IMG/VR virus record: IMGVR_UViG_3300037419_001822
Location: 32,001-96,000 of that record
Origin: a virus
Strand: one strand, 5' to 3'
DNA length: 64,000 nucleotides
Made by a program: the position numbers and the translations under genes. The notes under the pieces are model-generated. The model had not been told where the DNA came from and made no database searches. It was given only the letters and a program-made list of their open reading frames with translations. The stretch's first letter is position 1, and every line of letters starts with the position of its first letter. Of the stretch, positions 1 through 9,778 are shown in pieces.

Positions 1-2
1 GG

Positions 3-218
3 TCCGACGTCAGGGTGATGCTGCAGGCCGACCTGGAGGCGAAGGCCCGGGAGCAGGGGCATGAGCCGCTGCCCGGCACCTTCGGCTACCACGTCATCCG
101 GCCGACGAGCGACGACGTCTTCATGCTGTCCGCCGAGGACCGCGAGTTCCTGGAGACCCGGGATGTCGTCTGGGTGCGGACCTGGCTGCGCTGCTACTCG
201 ATCGAGGCGGCGACGTGA
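3..218 (+). CDS. Hypothetical phage protein (frame open from window edge, probably 5'-truncated)
   Basis: Phage-like codon usage; stop overlaps next start (GTGA). Confidence 0.6.
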   Translation, partial: SDVRVMLQADLEAKAREQGHEPLPGTFGYHVIRPTSDDVFMLSAEDREFLETRDVVWVRTWLRCYSIEAAT

Positions 219-406
219 GTTGGCGCACCATCCAGGTCCCGCACCGGGCGCAGCGCCGCTTCGACGTGGCCTCCTGCCCCTGCGGCTGGCGGATGAGTGG
301 CGACGACCACGAGATGCTCGACGCCTGGGCTGACGCGCACACCGAGGCCTTCGACGGCTGGCTGATGGAGATGGAGGAGTTCGTGCCCGAGGGGAGCGAT
401 GGATGA
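215..406 (+). CDS. Small hypothetical protein with CPCGW...H putative Zn motif
   Basis: ORF overlapping both neighbours by 4 nt. Confidence 0.65.
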   Translation: MSWRTIQVPHRAQRRFDVASCPCGWRMSGDDHEMLDAWADAHTEAFDGWLMEMEEFVPEGSDG

Positions 407-591
407 GGCGCTGGACTTGGTTCGTCCGTGGCTACTACGCCACGGACGTCGCCCCTCCGAAGACGCCGGGGGCGCTGGCGATTGAGATCGGCGGGACGAG
501 CCGCGAGGCTCTCGACATGGACTTGCGGGTCCTCCGGGAGCGCGAGGACATCGGACAGATCGACGGTCCGTACCCGGTGCCGGACCTGTGA
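403..591 (+). CDS. Hypothetical protein
   Basis: ORF coupled by ATGA/GTGA overlaps. Confidence 0.6.
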   Translation: MRRWTWFVRGYYATDVAPPKTPGALAIEIGGTSREALDMDLRVLREREDIGQIDGPYPVPDL

Positions 592-914
592 AGCCGACGA
601 GGGTCTCGATCGTCTGGTCCGTCCCCGGCCGGGTGTGGCTGTCCGGCAAGGCCGCGCAGGACCGCGAGTGGGACGGGGCCCGGAAGCGCTTCGATGACGA
701 CCTCGCCAGGAAGGGCCTGACCCTGATCGGCGATCCGACGGAGTCGATCGAGTTCGATGAGCAGCACAGGCATGTGATCTTGCACATCGAGGCGGAGGCG
801 CAGCCAGCGGTGAACGTGTGGATCGCTCCGCTCGATTCCGTGCCGGGTGACCGTGCGTCATGGAAGCCGCTGGGCTGGTGCGACGAGATCAACTTGACCT
901 TCCGGACTCCGTGA
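588..914 (+). CDS. Hypothetical protein
   Basis: 108-aa ORF, coupled to upstream gene. Confidence 0.65.
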   Translation: MKPTRVSIVWSVPGRVWLSGKAAQDREWDGARKRFDDDLARKGLTLIGDPTESIEFDEQHRHVILHIEAEAQPAVNVWIAPLDSVPGDRASWKPLGWCDEINLTFRTP

Positions 915-1227
915 TGTGCTACACCTGTCGCCATGAACGTGGAGCTTCCGTAGCATCAAGGCCTCTTGATCTTGCACGGAGCGTGAACCCTTGTCGAGCC
1001 GCGTGTAGTGACACGCGGACCGACACGCCGGGCCCGTCGCGACACGCCGGTGTCAATACGTGATCTTGTTTGTACGGCCCTAACTAACTTTCCGCAGGTT
1101 AGCACATGCAGATGGGGGGTCAGGCGCTCCACGGGGCTCTCAGGGCGATTACGGACGTATTGACGCTCCGTGTAGAGCTGGGTGTCCCTACGTACGTAAT
1201 TACGATGAGGTCGAGGAGGGCCCCGAG

Positions 1228-1326
1228 TTGAGGTTACGCAGAGTGAGAACGATGCGGTTCCCGTTCTGGTGGTTCTGGCTGATCTTCGTCACCCTCGTCG
1301 CCCTTGGACTGGCCGGTCTCGCATGA
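1228..1326 (+). CDS. Small single-pass membrane peptide (32 aa, ending MRFPFWWFWLIFVTLVALGLAGLA)
   Basis: GAGGAGG RBS at 1213-1219, TTG start 1228 (in-frame ATG 1252); below ORF-track cutoff. Confidence 0.5.
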   Translation: MRLRRVRTMRFPFWWFWLIFVTLVALGLAGLA

Positions 1327-1473
1327 CCCTGCCCCAACCCGAGCACCCGCGAGCGCGGGTGCCGATCGAGAGGAAGACCGCGTGATCTTCGCAATCGTGA
1401 CGTTCGTTGCCCACCCGATCCGCTTTGTGCGCGACTGGCGACAGAGCCGTCGCGACTTCCCGAGGAGATCCGC

Positions 1474-1869
1474 ATGAAGATGATCTACCAGGAGCAGCCC
1501 GCCGGGGACGCCGACCTGGCCCGCCTGCTGCACGACGCCATGCGCCACGGCCAGGCCACCTCCGCCGAGGTGATGGCCAAGGTTGAGCACCGCTTCTACT
1601 ACGACCCGAAGTTCGCCGCGATGGTGAAGATGGTCGTCGGTGTCATGGACATGCACCACCGCCTCGACCCCGGCGAGACCGACGTCGCCCGCATGGCCGC
1701 CGCCGTGGCCTTCGTGGTCACCGAGCAGCACCAGGAGCAGCGGGACCGCGAACTGCTCGCCCGCCACCTCCGCGCTCTCGCCTCGGCCGAGAACGTCGAG
1801 GACTGGCCCGGCTACATCCGCGACGTCGCCGACGGCCACGACGCTGGCACCTCCTGGTACCGGCCGTGA
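1474..1869 (+). CDS. Hypothetical protein
   Basis: GAGGAG RBS, GC3-rich 131-aa ORF. Confidence 0.75.
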   Translation: MKMIYQEQPAGDADLARLLHDAMRHGQATSAEVMAKVEHRFYYDPKFAAMVKMVVGVMDMHHRLDPGETDVARMAAAVAFVVTEQHQEQRDRELLARHLRALASAENVEDWPGYIRDVADGHDAGTSWYRP

Positions 1870-2075
1870 CCACCCGGCACTCCGGCTACCAGATCATCCT
1901 GGCCGACGACGTCCGCGACGACGACGCCGAGCAGCTCATCGCCGCCCTCTACATGATCAAGGGCGTCATCCGGGTCATCCCGATCGAGGCCGACTACGAA
2001 GCCATCCTGGCCATGGCCCGCCGCGACGACGAATGGCGGCAGGCGCTGCTCAACCTGCTGCAGGAGATGCGATGA
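1866..2075 (+). CDS. Hypothetical protein
   Basis: Coupled ORF, phage codon usage. Confidence 0.7.
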   Translation: MTTRHSGYQIILADDVRDDDAEQLIAALYMIKGVIRVIPIEADYEAILAMARRDDEWRQALLNLLQEMR

Positions 2076-2606
2076 CGAACTATCCGTGCAGGGGGCCCAA
2101 GTTCCCGTCGCACCGGGACGCGCACGAGGCGATGGAACGCGAGCGCCACGCCGCCTACGGAGTACGGATGTTGGTCGATCAGCCCTACGCCTACCTCTGC
2201 ATCGATGGCCACTGGCACGTTCGGATGGAGTGGCGATGAGCCTGCGCGAGTGGTACCGGGAGACGGTCCGCGACCCCAGGTGCTTCTACCTCTACGGCTC
2301 GCTGACCTGCAGCTACTGCGGTGAGACGCTGTGCTTCCCGGTGCCCGGCCTGGACCTGGACCGGGTGGCGTCGGCGCACTACGCCCGCGCCTGGCGAGCG
2401 CACGGCGCGATCACGAAGGCGAGGGCCGCGCTGTGACCCTGGGGGAGGCCCTGGACCTCCTGCGCAGTTCGTGGGCCTGCGCGTGCATCGGCCCAGCCCC
2501 CGGGGCGTCGACCTGCCCCTGTCGCCTGGCGGTGGCCGAGGCCCGGGAGCTGCAGCGCGGCGCGCACATCGTGGCCCGGCTGCTGTCGGACGCCGGGAAG
2601 GTGTGA
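2072..2606 (+). CDS. Three small coupled Cys/His-containing ORFs (2072-2239, 2236-2436, 2433-2606)
   Basis: Successive 4-nt overlaps with RBS-like purine tracts. Confidence 0.55.
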
Positions 2607-3082
2607 TCGTGACCCTGGTGGAGTTCCTGCTCGCCCGCCTGGCCGAGGACGAGGAGATGGCCCGGTCGGCACCCGGCCCCCGGTGGGTCGCCAAGTACCG
2701 GCAGAAGCCCGAGCCGCCGTTCGCGGTCGAGCGCTACGCCATCGCCTCCCCGGTCGAGTTCATGGGCCAGGAGCTGGGCGCGCAGACGGTCGCGTTCACC
2801 GAGGACGACACCGCCGAGTCCAAGGCGCTGGTCTACCACGCGGTGCGCTGGGGTCCGGCGCGGGTGCTGGCCGAGTGCGCGGTGAAACGGCGGCTGATCG
2901 AGGAGCACGGCGAGGGTCAGCCATGGAGCCCGGCGCGGAACCCGGGCCGCTGTCGCGTCTGCACCGCGATCGGGCCGGACGGCGGGGCGGCACGCTTCCG
3001 CGCCCCATGTCCTACCCTGCGCCTTCTTGCGCTGCCCTACGCCGACCACCCGGACTATGACCATGGGAGCTGGGCGGCGTAG
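2603..3082 (+). CDS. DUF6221-like actinophage protein
   Basis: LVEFLLARLAEDE...PARVLAECAVKRRLI...TLRLLALPYADHPDY signature. Confidence 0.8.
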   Translation: MIVTLVEFLLARLAEDEEMARSAPGPRWVAKYRQKPEPPFAVERYAIASPVEFMGQELGAQTVAFTEDDTAESKALVYHAVRWGPARVLAECAVKRRLIEEHGEGQPWSPARNPGRCRVCTAIGPDGGAARFRAPCPTLRLLALPYADHPDYDHGSWAA

Positions 3083-3092
3083 TGTCCGCGCC

Positions 3093-4343
3093 ATGGTTCG
3101 AATGCCGCCCGGCGTGACCATGTACGTGAATAACGATGGCTCAAAGAGCTACCGGATCCGGTGGCGGGAGAAGGGCAACGGCCCGCAGCAGTCGCACGTC
3201 TACTCGCGGGTGGCGGAGGCCGCCGACGCGCTGGCCAGGATCAAGGCCAACGGGAAGGTGTGCGACTGCCCGGCGCACTCCCCGGAGCTGGTGCGCGACG
3301 AGCCGACGGTCGCCGTCGCCGGGGATCGGGGGTCGGGCTACACGTTCGGCGAGGCGGTCGCCGACTACATCCGGGCCCGCACCGGCATCGGCAAGGGCTA
3401 CCGCAGCCGGTTCACCGTCGAGATGACCCGCCACTTCGCGCCGCTGCTGGACTCCCCGATCACCGCGATCACCGAGCACGACGTGCGGCTGTGGATCCGG
3501 GGCTGCGAGGAGGCCGAGCATCCGTGGCTGCTGCGCCGGGTGCGCGGCAGCGAGAACGACTACGAGCCCTACCCGCTGTCGCCGACGACGATCCGGCGGC
3601 TGCTCACCCAGGCCGGGTCGGCGGTGGCCGCCGCGCAGGAGGCCGGTCGGCCGGTGCCCGCCCCGAACCCGTTCCGCCGCCACCGGCTGCGGCAGGGCCC
3701 GGACCGGCACGCGGTGATGCGGATCCTCACCCCCGAGGAGTGGGCGCTGCTGGAGTCCGAGCTGCCCGAGGGCTGGGGCCGGGACCTGGCGCGGCTGCTG
3801 GTCGGCACCGGGCTGCGCTTCTCGGAGGCGACGGCGCTGCGGGTCGGCGACGTGGACGTGCTGGCCTCCCCGCCCCGGCTGCACGTGCGGCACGCCTGGA
3901 AGGACGACGGCCGGGGCCGGATGGAGCTGGGCGCCCCCAAGTCACACCGGTCGCGGCGCACGGTGACGTTCGGCCCGGCCGTGGTTGATGCGCTGGCCGC
4001 GCACGTGGTCGCCAAGGAACGACACGAGCTGGTGTTCACCGCGCCCCGGGGTGGGCCGGTGCGCCAAGGCAACTTCTACCACCGGCAGTGGTCCCCGGCG
4101 GTGCGCCGGGCGATGCAGCGCGGGCTGCCCCGCGCCCCGCGCATCCACGACCTGCGGCACACCTACGCCTCGTGGCAGTTGATGGACGGCGTCGCGCTGC
4201 TGACCGTGTCCCGCAGGCTCGGCCACGAGACGGCGGCCGTCACCTCCGACATCTACGGCGACATCAATCCGCAGGCCGAGGAGGCGGCGGTGGCCTCGAT
4301 CGAGCGGGCGATGAGCCGGGCGAACTCCGAGCTTCCTGGGTAA
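3093..4343 (+). CDS. int: Tyrosine integrase
   Basis: TGLRFSEA (R), PKS (K), IHDLRH (HxxR), RLGH, DIYG (Y); N-terminal YRIRWR arm-binding-like segment. Confidence 0.95.
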   Translation: MVRMPPGVTMYVNNDGSKSYRIRWREKGNGPQQSHVYSRVAEAADALARIKANGKVCDCPAHSPELVRDEPTVAVAGDRGSGYTFGEAVADYIRARTGIGKGYRSRFTVEMTRHFAPLLDSPITAITEHDVRLWIRGCEEAEHPWLLRRVRGSENDYEPYPLSPTTIRRLLTQAGSAVAAAQEAGRPVPAPNPFRRHRLRQGPDRHAVMRILTPEEWALLESELPEGWGRDLARLLVGTGLRFSEATALRVGDVDVLASPPRLHVRHAWKDDGRGRMELGAPKSHRSRRTVTFGPAVVDALAAHVVAKERHELVFTAPRGGPVRQGNFYHRQWSPAVRRAMQRGLPRAPRIHDLRHTYASWQLMDGVALLTVSRRLGHETAAVTSDIYGDINPQAEEAAVASIERAMSRANSELPG

Positions 4344-4408
4344 ATCCTGGGGGGCTACGGTTGTCTTTAACAACCCAGGCCGATCGCTCCAACGAGGGGG
4401 CACGCACC

Positions 4409-4726
4409 ATGGCCGATCCGATCCTGGAACTGCGCAGAGTCCTGCACGGGGTCTTCCGCCTGGACCTGGCCGACGGATGCATCCGCATCCGGATCGGGCC
4501 GCTGCCGGACCACATGATCGCCGCCGGGGTGGTGGAGGACCACCACATGTACCTGTTCATCGACCGGGAGAAGCCGGGCGCGATCGACCACGCCCGGGAG
4601 CTGCTGGCCGCGCACCCGGAGCTGGTGCTGTGCAACCTGGCGGGGGTGGAGGTCACCCGGGACTCGCTGATGGCGGAGAACGGCGCGGTCGCCGACTTCA
4701 TCCTCCGGCAGGCCGAGGAGGACTAG
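4409..4726 (+). CDS. Hypothetical protein
   Basis: GAGGGGG RBS then ATG; GC3-rich ORF. Confidence 0.7.
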   Translation: MADPILELRRVLHGVFRLDLADGCIRIRIGPLPDHMIAAGVVEDHHMYLFIDREKPGAIDHARELLAAHPELVLCNLAGVEVTRDSLMAENGAVADFILRQAEED

Positions 4727-5016
4727 CCGACCAGCTCCATCGCGGAGGCGGCCGGGGGAACGACGAACGGCATGCGCAGCACGGCGGGCATCGGCCAGGT
4801 GCGGAGCAGGTCGCGGAGCTGGCCGAGCGCCTCGGGGCGGGCCAGGTCGAGGATCACCCACAGCGTCTCGCCCTGGCGGGCCAGGCTGACGGCGTGCCTG
4901 CCGGTCAGTTCCGCGTTCACCACGCGCAGCTCACCGTTGACCGGGATCTTGGTGAGATCGCCGTCCTCGGCGAAACGCCGGAGCACAGCGGCAGCAGGAG
5001 CCGAAAGGTGACGCAT
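4723..5016 (-). CDS. Hypothetical protein (immunity region)
   Basis: 97-aa ORF convergent with 4409-4726, same strand as repressor. Confidence 0.6.
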   Translation of the reverse strand: MRHLSAPAAAVLRRFAEDGDLTKIPVNGELRVVNAELTGRHAVSLARQGETLWVILDLARPEALGQLRDLLRTWPMPAVLRMPFVVPPAASAMELVG

Positions 5017-5140
5017 GACCTGTTCCCCCTTGCCTGGGAGTGAGGTCTCCGGCCCCTGTGGGCGAGCTGTAAGTCAACCCCCGGCGCAGATCATGAAACC
5101 TTGATGTTTGCCATATGGCAAGAGGGGTACAGGGACGTTA

Positions 5141-5674
5141 TTACCGATTCGATCCACCGGGGGGCAGGAAGGTGGGCCCCAGGCCGCCGACGTCGCCCTC
5201 GCCGTTGCCGTCGCGTGGAGGTGGAGCGTGCCCGTGCGGCGTCTCCTGGCGCACCTCCTTGGCCGACTCCTCGGCGATGATCGCCAGGATGTGGGCGGTG
5301 GCGCGGGCGCGCTCCTCGGGCGTCACATCATCGCTGCCGTAGAAGCGGCTGACGATGTAGCGCACGTCGGAGGCGGTGACGTCCTGCTCGACCACGTTGA
5401 GCCCGCTGGCCACGGCGGCGGCGCGGGACAGCTCCTCCTCGGTGATGGGCAGCACGGAGGCGAGCCGGGCGATCACGTCGGCCGGGATGCGGTGCGGGCG
5501 TCGGCCGGTGTGCCGCTGCGGGTTGAGGTGGTAGGCCACGCCGGGGCGCTGCGAGTCGGTGAATCCGGCGCGTCTGATCAGCTCCCGGACGCTGACGTTG
5601 CGCCCCTCCCGTCTGATCAGCTCACTACGTGCGTGCTCTACGGCTTCGATGAAGGCATCCACAGTGGTGAGCAT
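5141..5674 (-). CDS. Putative immunity repressor (XRE/HTH-like)
   Basis: Leftward gene divergent from an HTH gene; SVRELIRRAG...VIARLASVLPITEEEL HTH-like pattern; GGAAGG RBS before ATG 5674. Confidence 0.7.
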   Translation of the reverse strand: MLTTVDAFIEAVEHARSELIRREGRNVSVRELIRRAGFTDSQRPGVAYHLNPQRHTGRRPHRIPADVIARLASVLPITEEELSRAAAVASGLNVVEQDVTASDVRYIVSRFYGSDDVTPEERARATAHILAIIAEESAKEVRQETPHGHAPPPRDGNGEGDVGGLGPTFLPPGGSNR

Positions 5675-6039
5675 CGTATTGCGTCCTTCCCGAGGGCGGC
5701 CACCCGAAGTCACCCCGAATGATGACTCAAGACTCGTCAGCCGTTGGTCAAACGCTAGTGGGCTAACCTGTGTCTCAAGTAAATTCCCTGTTAATCGCAT
5801 CAACGCCCTGACCTCGCCTTTTAGGAACGTTACCGTTCAGTACTGGGCGTTTCCTGGACTACCCCCCAGTCTTGGGGGGCACACCGGATCGTGATACGGG
5901 TCTCAGGTTTGTCTAAAGAATCTTGATCCAGGCACCGCACCGACCTTGTGGTCTGGCTCACCATCGTTCATCATTGGTGTAACGCGCTTCACCGCGCGGT
6001 GAGAGCCCCCCTTAGCCAGACGATCGAGGTCTCCCGCCC

Positions 6040-6258
6040 ATGCCTGACCACGCCACGGTCGAGCTGCCGATCACCCACCCGCTGCGCCTGTTCACCCTCC
6101 CCGAGGCCGCGCGGATCACCGGCATCTCGGAGGCCACCCTGCACCGCTGGTGCCAGAAGGACGAGGTCGCGCACCACAACATCCGGGGCACCGGCCGCAA
6201 GTTCTCCTACGCCGAACTGGAGCAGCTCATCCGCTCCGGCGAGCGAGGCCCCCGATGA
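6040..6258 (+). CDS. Excisionase/Cro-like winged HTH (HTH_17-type)
   Basis: LFTLPEAARITGISEATLHRWCQK; first gene of rightward early operon. Confidence 0.85.
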   Translation: MPDHATVELPITHPLRLFTLPEAARITGISEATLHRWCQKDEVAHHNIRGTGRKFSYAELEQLIRSGERGPR

Positions 6259-7091
6259 CCCGCATCTTCGGCAAGCAGGCACTCCTGGATCGGTTGACCG
6301 AGACCGAGCTGGAGAACGCACGACTGCGCGACCTGCTCCGCGACCTCATCGACACCTACCGGCTCACCAACCGGCACGACGAGGCCCTGCTCCTCGTCCC
6401 CGACGACCTGTGGCTCGACATCCGCCTCGCCGCAGGCGTCGACCCCGAGACCATCCCCGGCGGCGGTCCGGACTCCGCGAGCGGGGAACTCGCGCGAGGA
6501 CCCGCCGCCGCCGGGGATGCCCCACCCGAAGAGAAGTCCGCATGATCGCCCTCCGCTTCCTCGCCGGGGCGCTCGCCGCCTGGGTGACCACCGTCGCCGT
6601 CGCCCTCCACCGCCTCCACGCGGGCTGCTACCCCTGCCCGCCCTGCGACCACGACGACCGGAGCCCCGAGTGACCCGCGACCAGTACATCCACCGCACCA
6701 TCGACCGGCTGGTCGCGCAGGGCCGCGACGGGCTGGGCCGGGCCCACTACGAGCGGATGCGCAAAGGCATGCACCCCGACGTCGCCCTCCCCGCGTGGGA
6801 GGAGCTGACCGAGCGCACCCGCGAGACCTACCGGGCCAAGCTGGACTACCTGCTGCCGGTCGTCGCCAACATGGTCGCCGGGCTGGTGCACCAGGCCCTC
6901 GACCGGGACGACGCCGCGTGAGCGCACCGCTGGCCCTGGCCCTGGTGGAGTACGCCCCCGACCGGCGCACCGCCGAGGTCGCCGCCATCGAGGCCGTCCG
7001 CGTCGGTGTCACCTCCGCCCAGCTCCGCCTGGCCTGGCACCGCTGGGAGGCCCAGCACCGCACCGCCCGACTCCGAGGAGAGGCCGAATGA
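6255..7091 (+). CDS. Four small coupled hypothetical ORFs (6255-6545, 6542-6673, 6670-6921, 6918-7091)
   Basis: 4-nt start/stop overlaps, GC3-rich frames. Confidence 0.6.
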
Positions 7092-7654
7092 CCGCGCCCA
7101 TCGTGTTCGCAGACGTGGAAAGTACCGGCCTGCACTCGGTCGAGGACGACATCTGGGAATTCGCCGCCATCCGCCGCGAACCCGACGGCGCCGAGACCGA
7201 GCTGCACCTGTTCATCGACCACGACCAGGAACGCTGCGCCCAGCTCCCTCAGCCGTTCCTCAACGATCACCTGCAGCGCTGGCCGAACATGTTCTCCGTC
7301 GACCCGGCCGTGTCCCGGGAGGAGGCGGCCACCCTCATCGACGGCTTCTTCCGGGGCCCGGAAGGCTCGGCCAAGGCCCACCTGGTCGGCGCCGTCCCGA
7401 GCTTCGATGACGTCCGGCTGGCCCGCCTCCTCGGGGTCGACGCCTCCCAGACCCCCTGGCACTACCATCTCATTTGTTGCGAGGTGCTGGCCATCGGCTA
7501 CCTCGCCGCGCGCGGAACTGTCATCCGCCCGCCGTACAACTCGGACGACGTCTCCGCCGCGCTCGGCGTCGAGGCACCCGAGGGGGAGCGGCACACCGCC
7601 CTGGGCGACGTGCGCTGGGCGATGCGGATCTACGACGCCGTCATGGGCGACTAA
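7088..7654 (+). CDS. DnaQ-like DEDDh 3'-5' exonuclease
   Basis: FADVESTGL (Exo I), PSFDD (Exo II), HTALGD (Exo III). Confidence 0.9.
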   Translation: MTAPIVFADVESTGLHSVEDDIWEFAAIRREPDGAETELHLFIDHDQERCAQLPQPFLNDHLQRWPNMFSVDPAVSREEAATLIDGFFRGPEGSAKAHLVGAVPSFDDVRLARLLGVDASQTPWHYHLICCEVLAIGYLAARGTVIRPPYNSDDVSAALGVEAPEGERHTALGDVRWAMRIYDAVMGD

Positions 7655-7687
7655 CCGTCCTGACCAACCGGTAAGGGGGAATCCACC

Positions 7688-7873
7688 GTGGACGAGCTGG
7701 ATCAAGAGATCAAGGCCGCGTATCGGCGGCTGACCGTGCAGCGCGCGACGTTCATGCTCTCCGCCTCCGGAGAGGTGTTCACCGCCTGCGAGCAGGCCGA
7801 GCGGGAGCTGAACGACCTGCTCGACCGGCGCTACGAGCTGCTCATGGTGGGGCCGATAGCGGTCGCGGCGTGA
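7688..7873 (+). CDS. Hypothetical protein
   Basis: AAGGGGG RBS, GTG start. Confidence 0.6.
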   Translation: MDELDQEIKAAYRRLTVQRATFMLSASGEVFTACEQAERELNDLLDRRYELLMVGPIAVAA

Positions 7874-8238
7874 CCAGGCAGGTCAGGCACGGCACCCGGC
7901 AGGCCTACCAGGAAGACGGCTGCCGCTGCGGCGAATGCTGCGCCGCCGAGTACGACCGCCGCCACCGGGGCCTGCCACCGGGAGACGACCGGCACGGCAC
8001 CGAGAACGGCTACAACAACCTCGGCTGCCGCTGCGACCCGTGCAAGCGGGCCCACGCCGAGTCGCAGCGCGAGCAGCACGCCTCCCGCCGCCAGCGCGGC
8101 CTGCCCCCCGGTGATCCCCGGCACGGCACGGTCAACGGCTACGGCAACTGGAGCTGCCGCTGCGAGCCGTGCACGGCGGCGCACACCCGGGCCAACGTCG
8201 AGCGGCAGCGGCTGCGGCGCCTGAGGAGAGCGGCGTGA
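7870..8238 (+). CDS. Protein with three HGTxxxYxxxxCRCxxC Zn-finger-like repeats
   Basis: Three repeat units visible in translation. Confidence 0.8.
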   Translation: MTRQVRHGTRQAYQEDGCRCGECCAAEYDRRHRGLPPGDDRHGTENGYNNLGCRCDPCKRAHAESQREQHASRRQRGLPPGDPRHGTVNGYGNWSCRCEPCTAAHTRANVERQRLRRLRRAA

Positions 8239-8812
8239 GCTACGACCGGGGCGGGGACTGGTTCGCCCGGATCCGGCGCGAGTTGAGCTGCCCGGACGGC
8301 CCGCACCGGGGACCGCAGGGGCCCAACGAGGACTTCGGCCAGTGCCCGACCTGCGGGTCGATCACCTGGGCCAAGCGCCCGGCGGGGGAGACGTTCGGCT
8401 GGCACGCCGACGACTGCTCCCTGCCGGTCGACCACGAGTCGTTCTGCGCGCCGGGCGGTGCCGGGCATCCGGCCGCGCCGGTGATCCGGGGCTTCTGGCC
8501 GGACGACCGGCGGTCCCCGGACTACCGCCGGTGAGCGACGACTACGAGCTGAGCCTGCGGGAGCGGCTGGCCGTCTGGCTGACCGTGCGCGCACCGGAGC
8601 TGCGGATGCCCTACTCGCTGGCCGAGGAGTTGCTGGAGCCGGACGGGCCGCTCGGTGAGGAGCTGGCCAACGTCGGCCGGATCGGGCGGATCGAGGCCCT
8701 GCTGCCGAACATCGGCGAGCTGGCCGCGTTCGAGCGCGACGCCGGACGCGACGCCGTGCCGCTGCTGCTGGTGCGCGACCACCTCCGTCACATCCTGGAC
8801 GACGACGCATGA
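8235..8812 (+). CDS. Two coupled hypothetical ORFs (8235-8534 Cys/His-rich; 8531-8812)
   Basis: GTGA overlaps, RBS GAGGAG before 8235. Confidence 0.6.
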
Positions 8813-9744
8813 CCGGCCTGGCCGCCACCCCGATCGTGCCGCTGCGGCCGGGCTCGGCCGAGTGGTGCCGCGAGGTCACCGCCAGCAAGGTGTCGGCGAT
8901 CCTCGGCCTGTCCCCGTGGCAGTCGCGGTTCGCGATCTGGCACGAGCTGGCCGGGTGGCTGCCGCCCCGCGAGGAGTCCGACGCGACCGACCAGCAGGCG
9001 CGCGGCCACTACCTCGAACCGGCCATCGCCGCCTGGTGGGCCGATCAGTACGGCGCGCACCTGCGGCCGGGGGGCTGCTGGCGGTCGACCCGCTACCCGT
9101 GGATGGTCGTCTCCCCGGACCGGCTGGTCGTCGCCCACCGCACCGGCCGCAAGCCGGTGTCGGTGCTGGAGGTCAAGTCGTCGGGGTCGATGGACGGCTG
9201 GGGGCCGGACGGCTCCGACGAAGTACCTGCCTACTACCGGGCTCAGGTGGTGCTGCAGCTCGACTGCCTGGGCCTGCCGCGCGGGCACGTCGCGGTGCTG
9301 CTGCCCCGGCTGCAGTTCCGCGCGTACACGATCGAGTACGACGCCGACGAGGCCGCCTGGATGCGGGAGCAGATCGAGGCGTTCATGGCCACCCTCCCCG
9401 GGGGTGTCAACGAGCGGGTGCCCGACATCGACGGCGACGACAGCACCTACGCCACGGTGCGCCGGATCCATCCGGAGCTGGACGGCGAAGAGATCGAGGT
9501 CGACCGCGAGCTGGCGGAGAGCTTCCTCGCCGCCGCCGCCGGAACGCGGGCGATGGACTCGCTCTGGAGCCAGCGCCGCGCGGAGATGGGCCAGGCCATG
9601 GGCAATGCCTCGCGGGCCGTCCACGAGGGGGTCGTCGTGGCCACCCGGCAGGCCCGGGGCGGTGGCACGCCGTTCGTGTCCGCGCCGAAGAAGCTGCCCG
9701 AACTCCCGCAGCGTATTGACACAAGCATGGACGATGCTGGATAA
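8809..9744 (+). CDS. YqaJ/lambda-exonuclease-like (RecE-type) recombination exonuclease
   Basis: TASKVSAILGLSPW, RGHYLEP, SPDR, LEVKS, YYRAQV motifs; adjacent to RecT. Confidence 0.92.
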   Translation: MTGLAATPIVPLRPGSAEWCREVTASKVSAILGLSPWQSRFAIWHELAGWLPPREESDATDQQARGHYLEPAIAAWWADQYGAHLRPGGCWRSTRYPWMVVSPDRLVVAHRTGRKPVSVLEVKSSGSMDGWGPDGSDEVPAYYRAQVVLQLDCLGLPRGHVAVLLPRLQFRAYTIEYDADEAAWMREQIEAFMATLPGGVNERVPDIDGDDSTYATVRRIHPELDGEEIEVDRELAESFLAAAAGTRAMDSLWSQRRAEMGQAMGNASRAVHEGVVVATRQARGGGTPFVSAPKKLPELPQRIDTSMDDAG

Positions 9745-9745
9745 T
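9716..9745 (+). promoter_or_regulatory. Sigma70/HrdB-type promoter for recT
   Basis: TTGACA-N18-GATAAT. Confidence 0.55.
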
Positions 9746-9778
9746 CACGTTCGACACCCAACGGAAGGAACTACCCAC

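Noticed and set aside
1100-1130. tRNA-derived att core
   Set aside because: CATGCAGATGGGGGGTCAGG only loosely recalls a tRNA arm and has no GTTCGA T-loop
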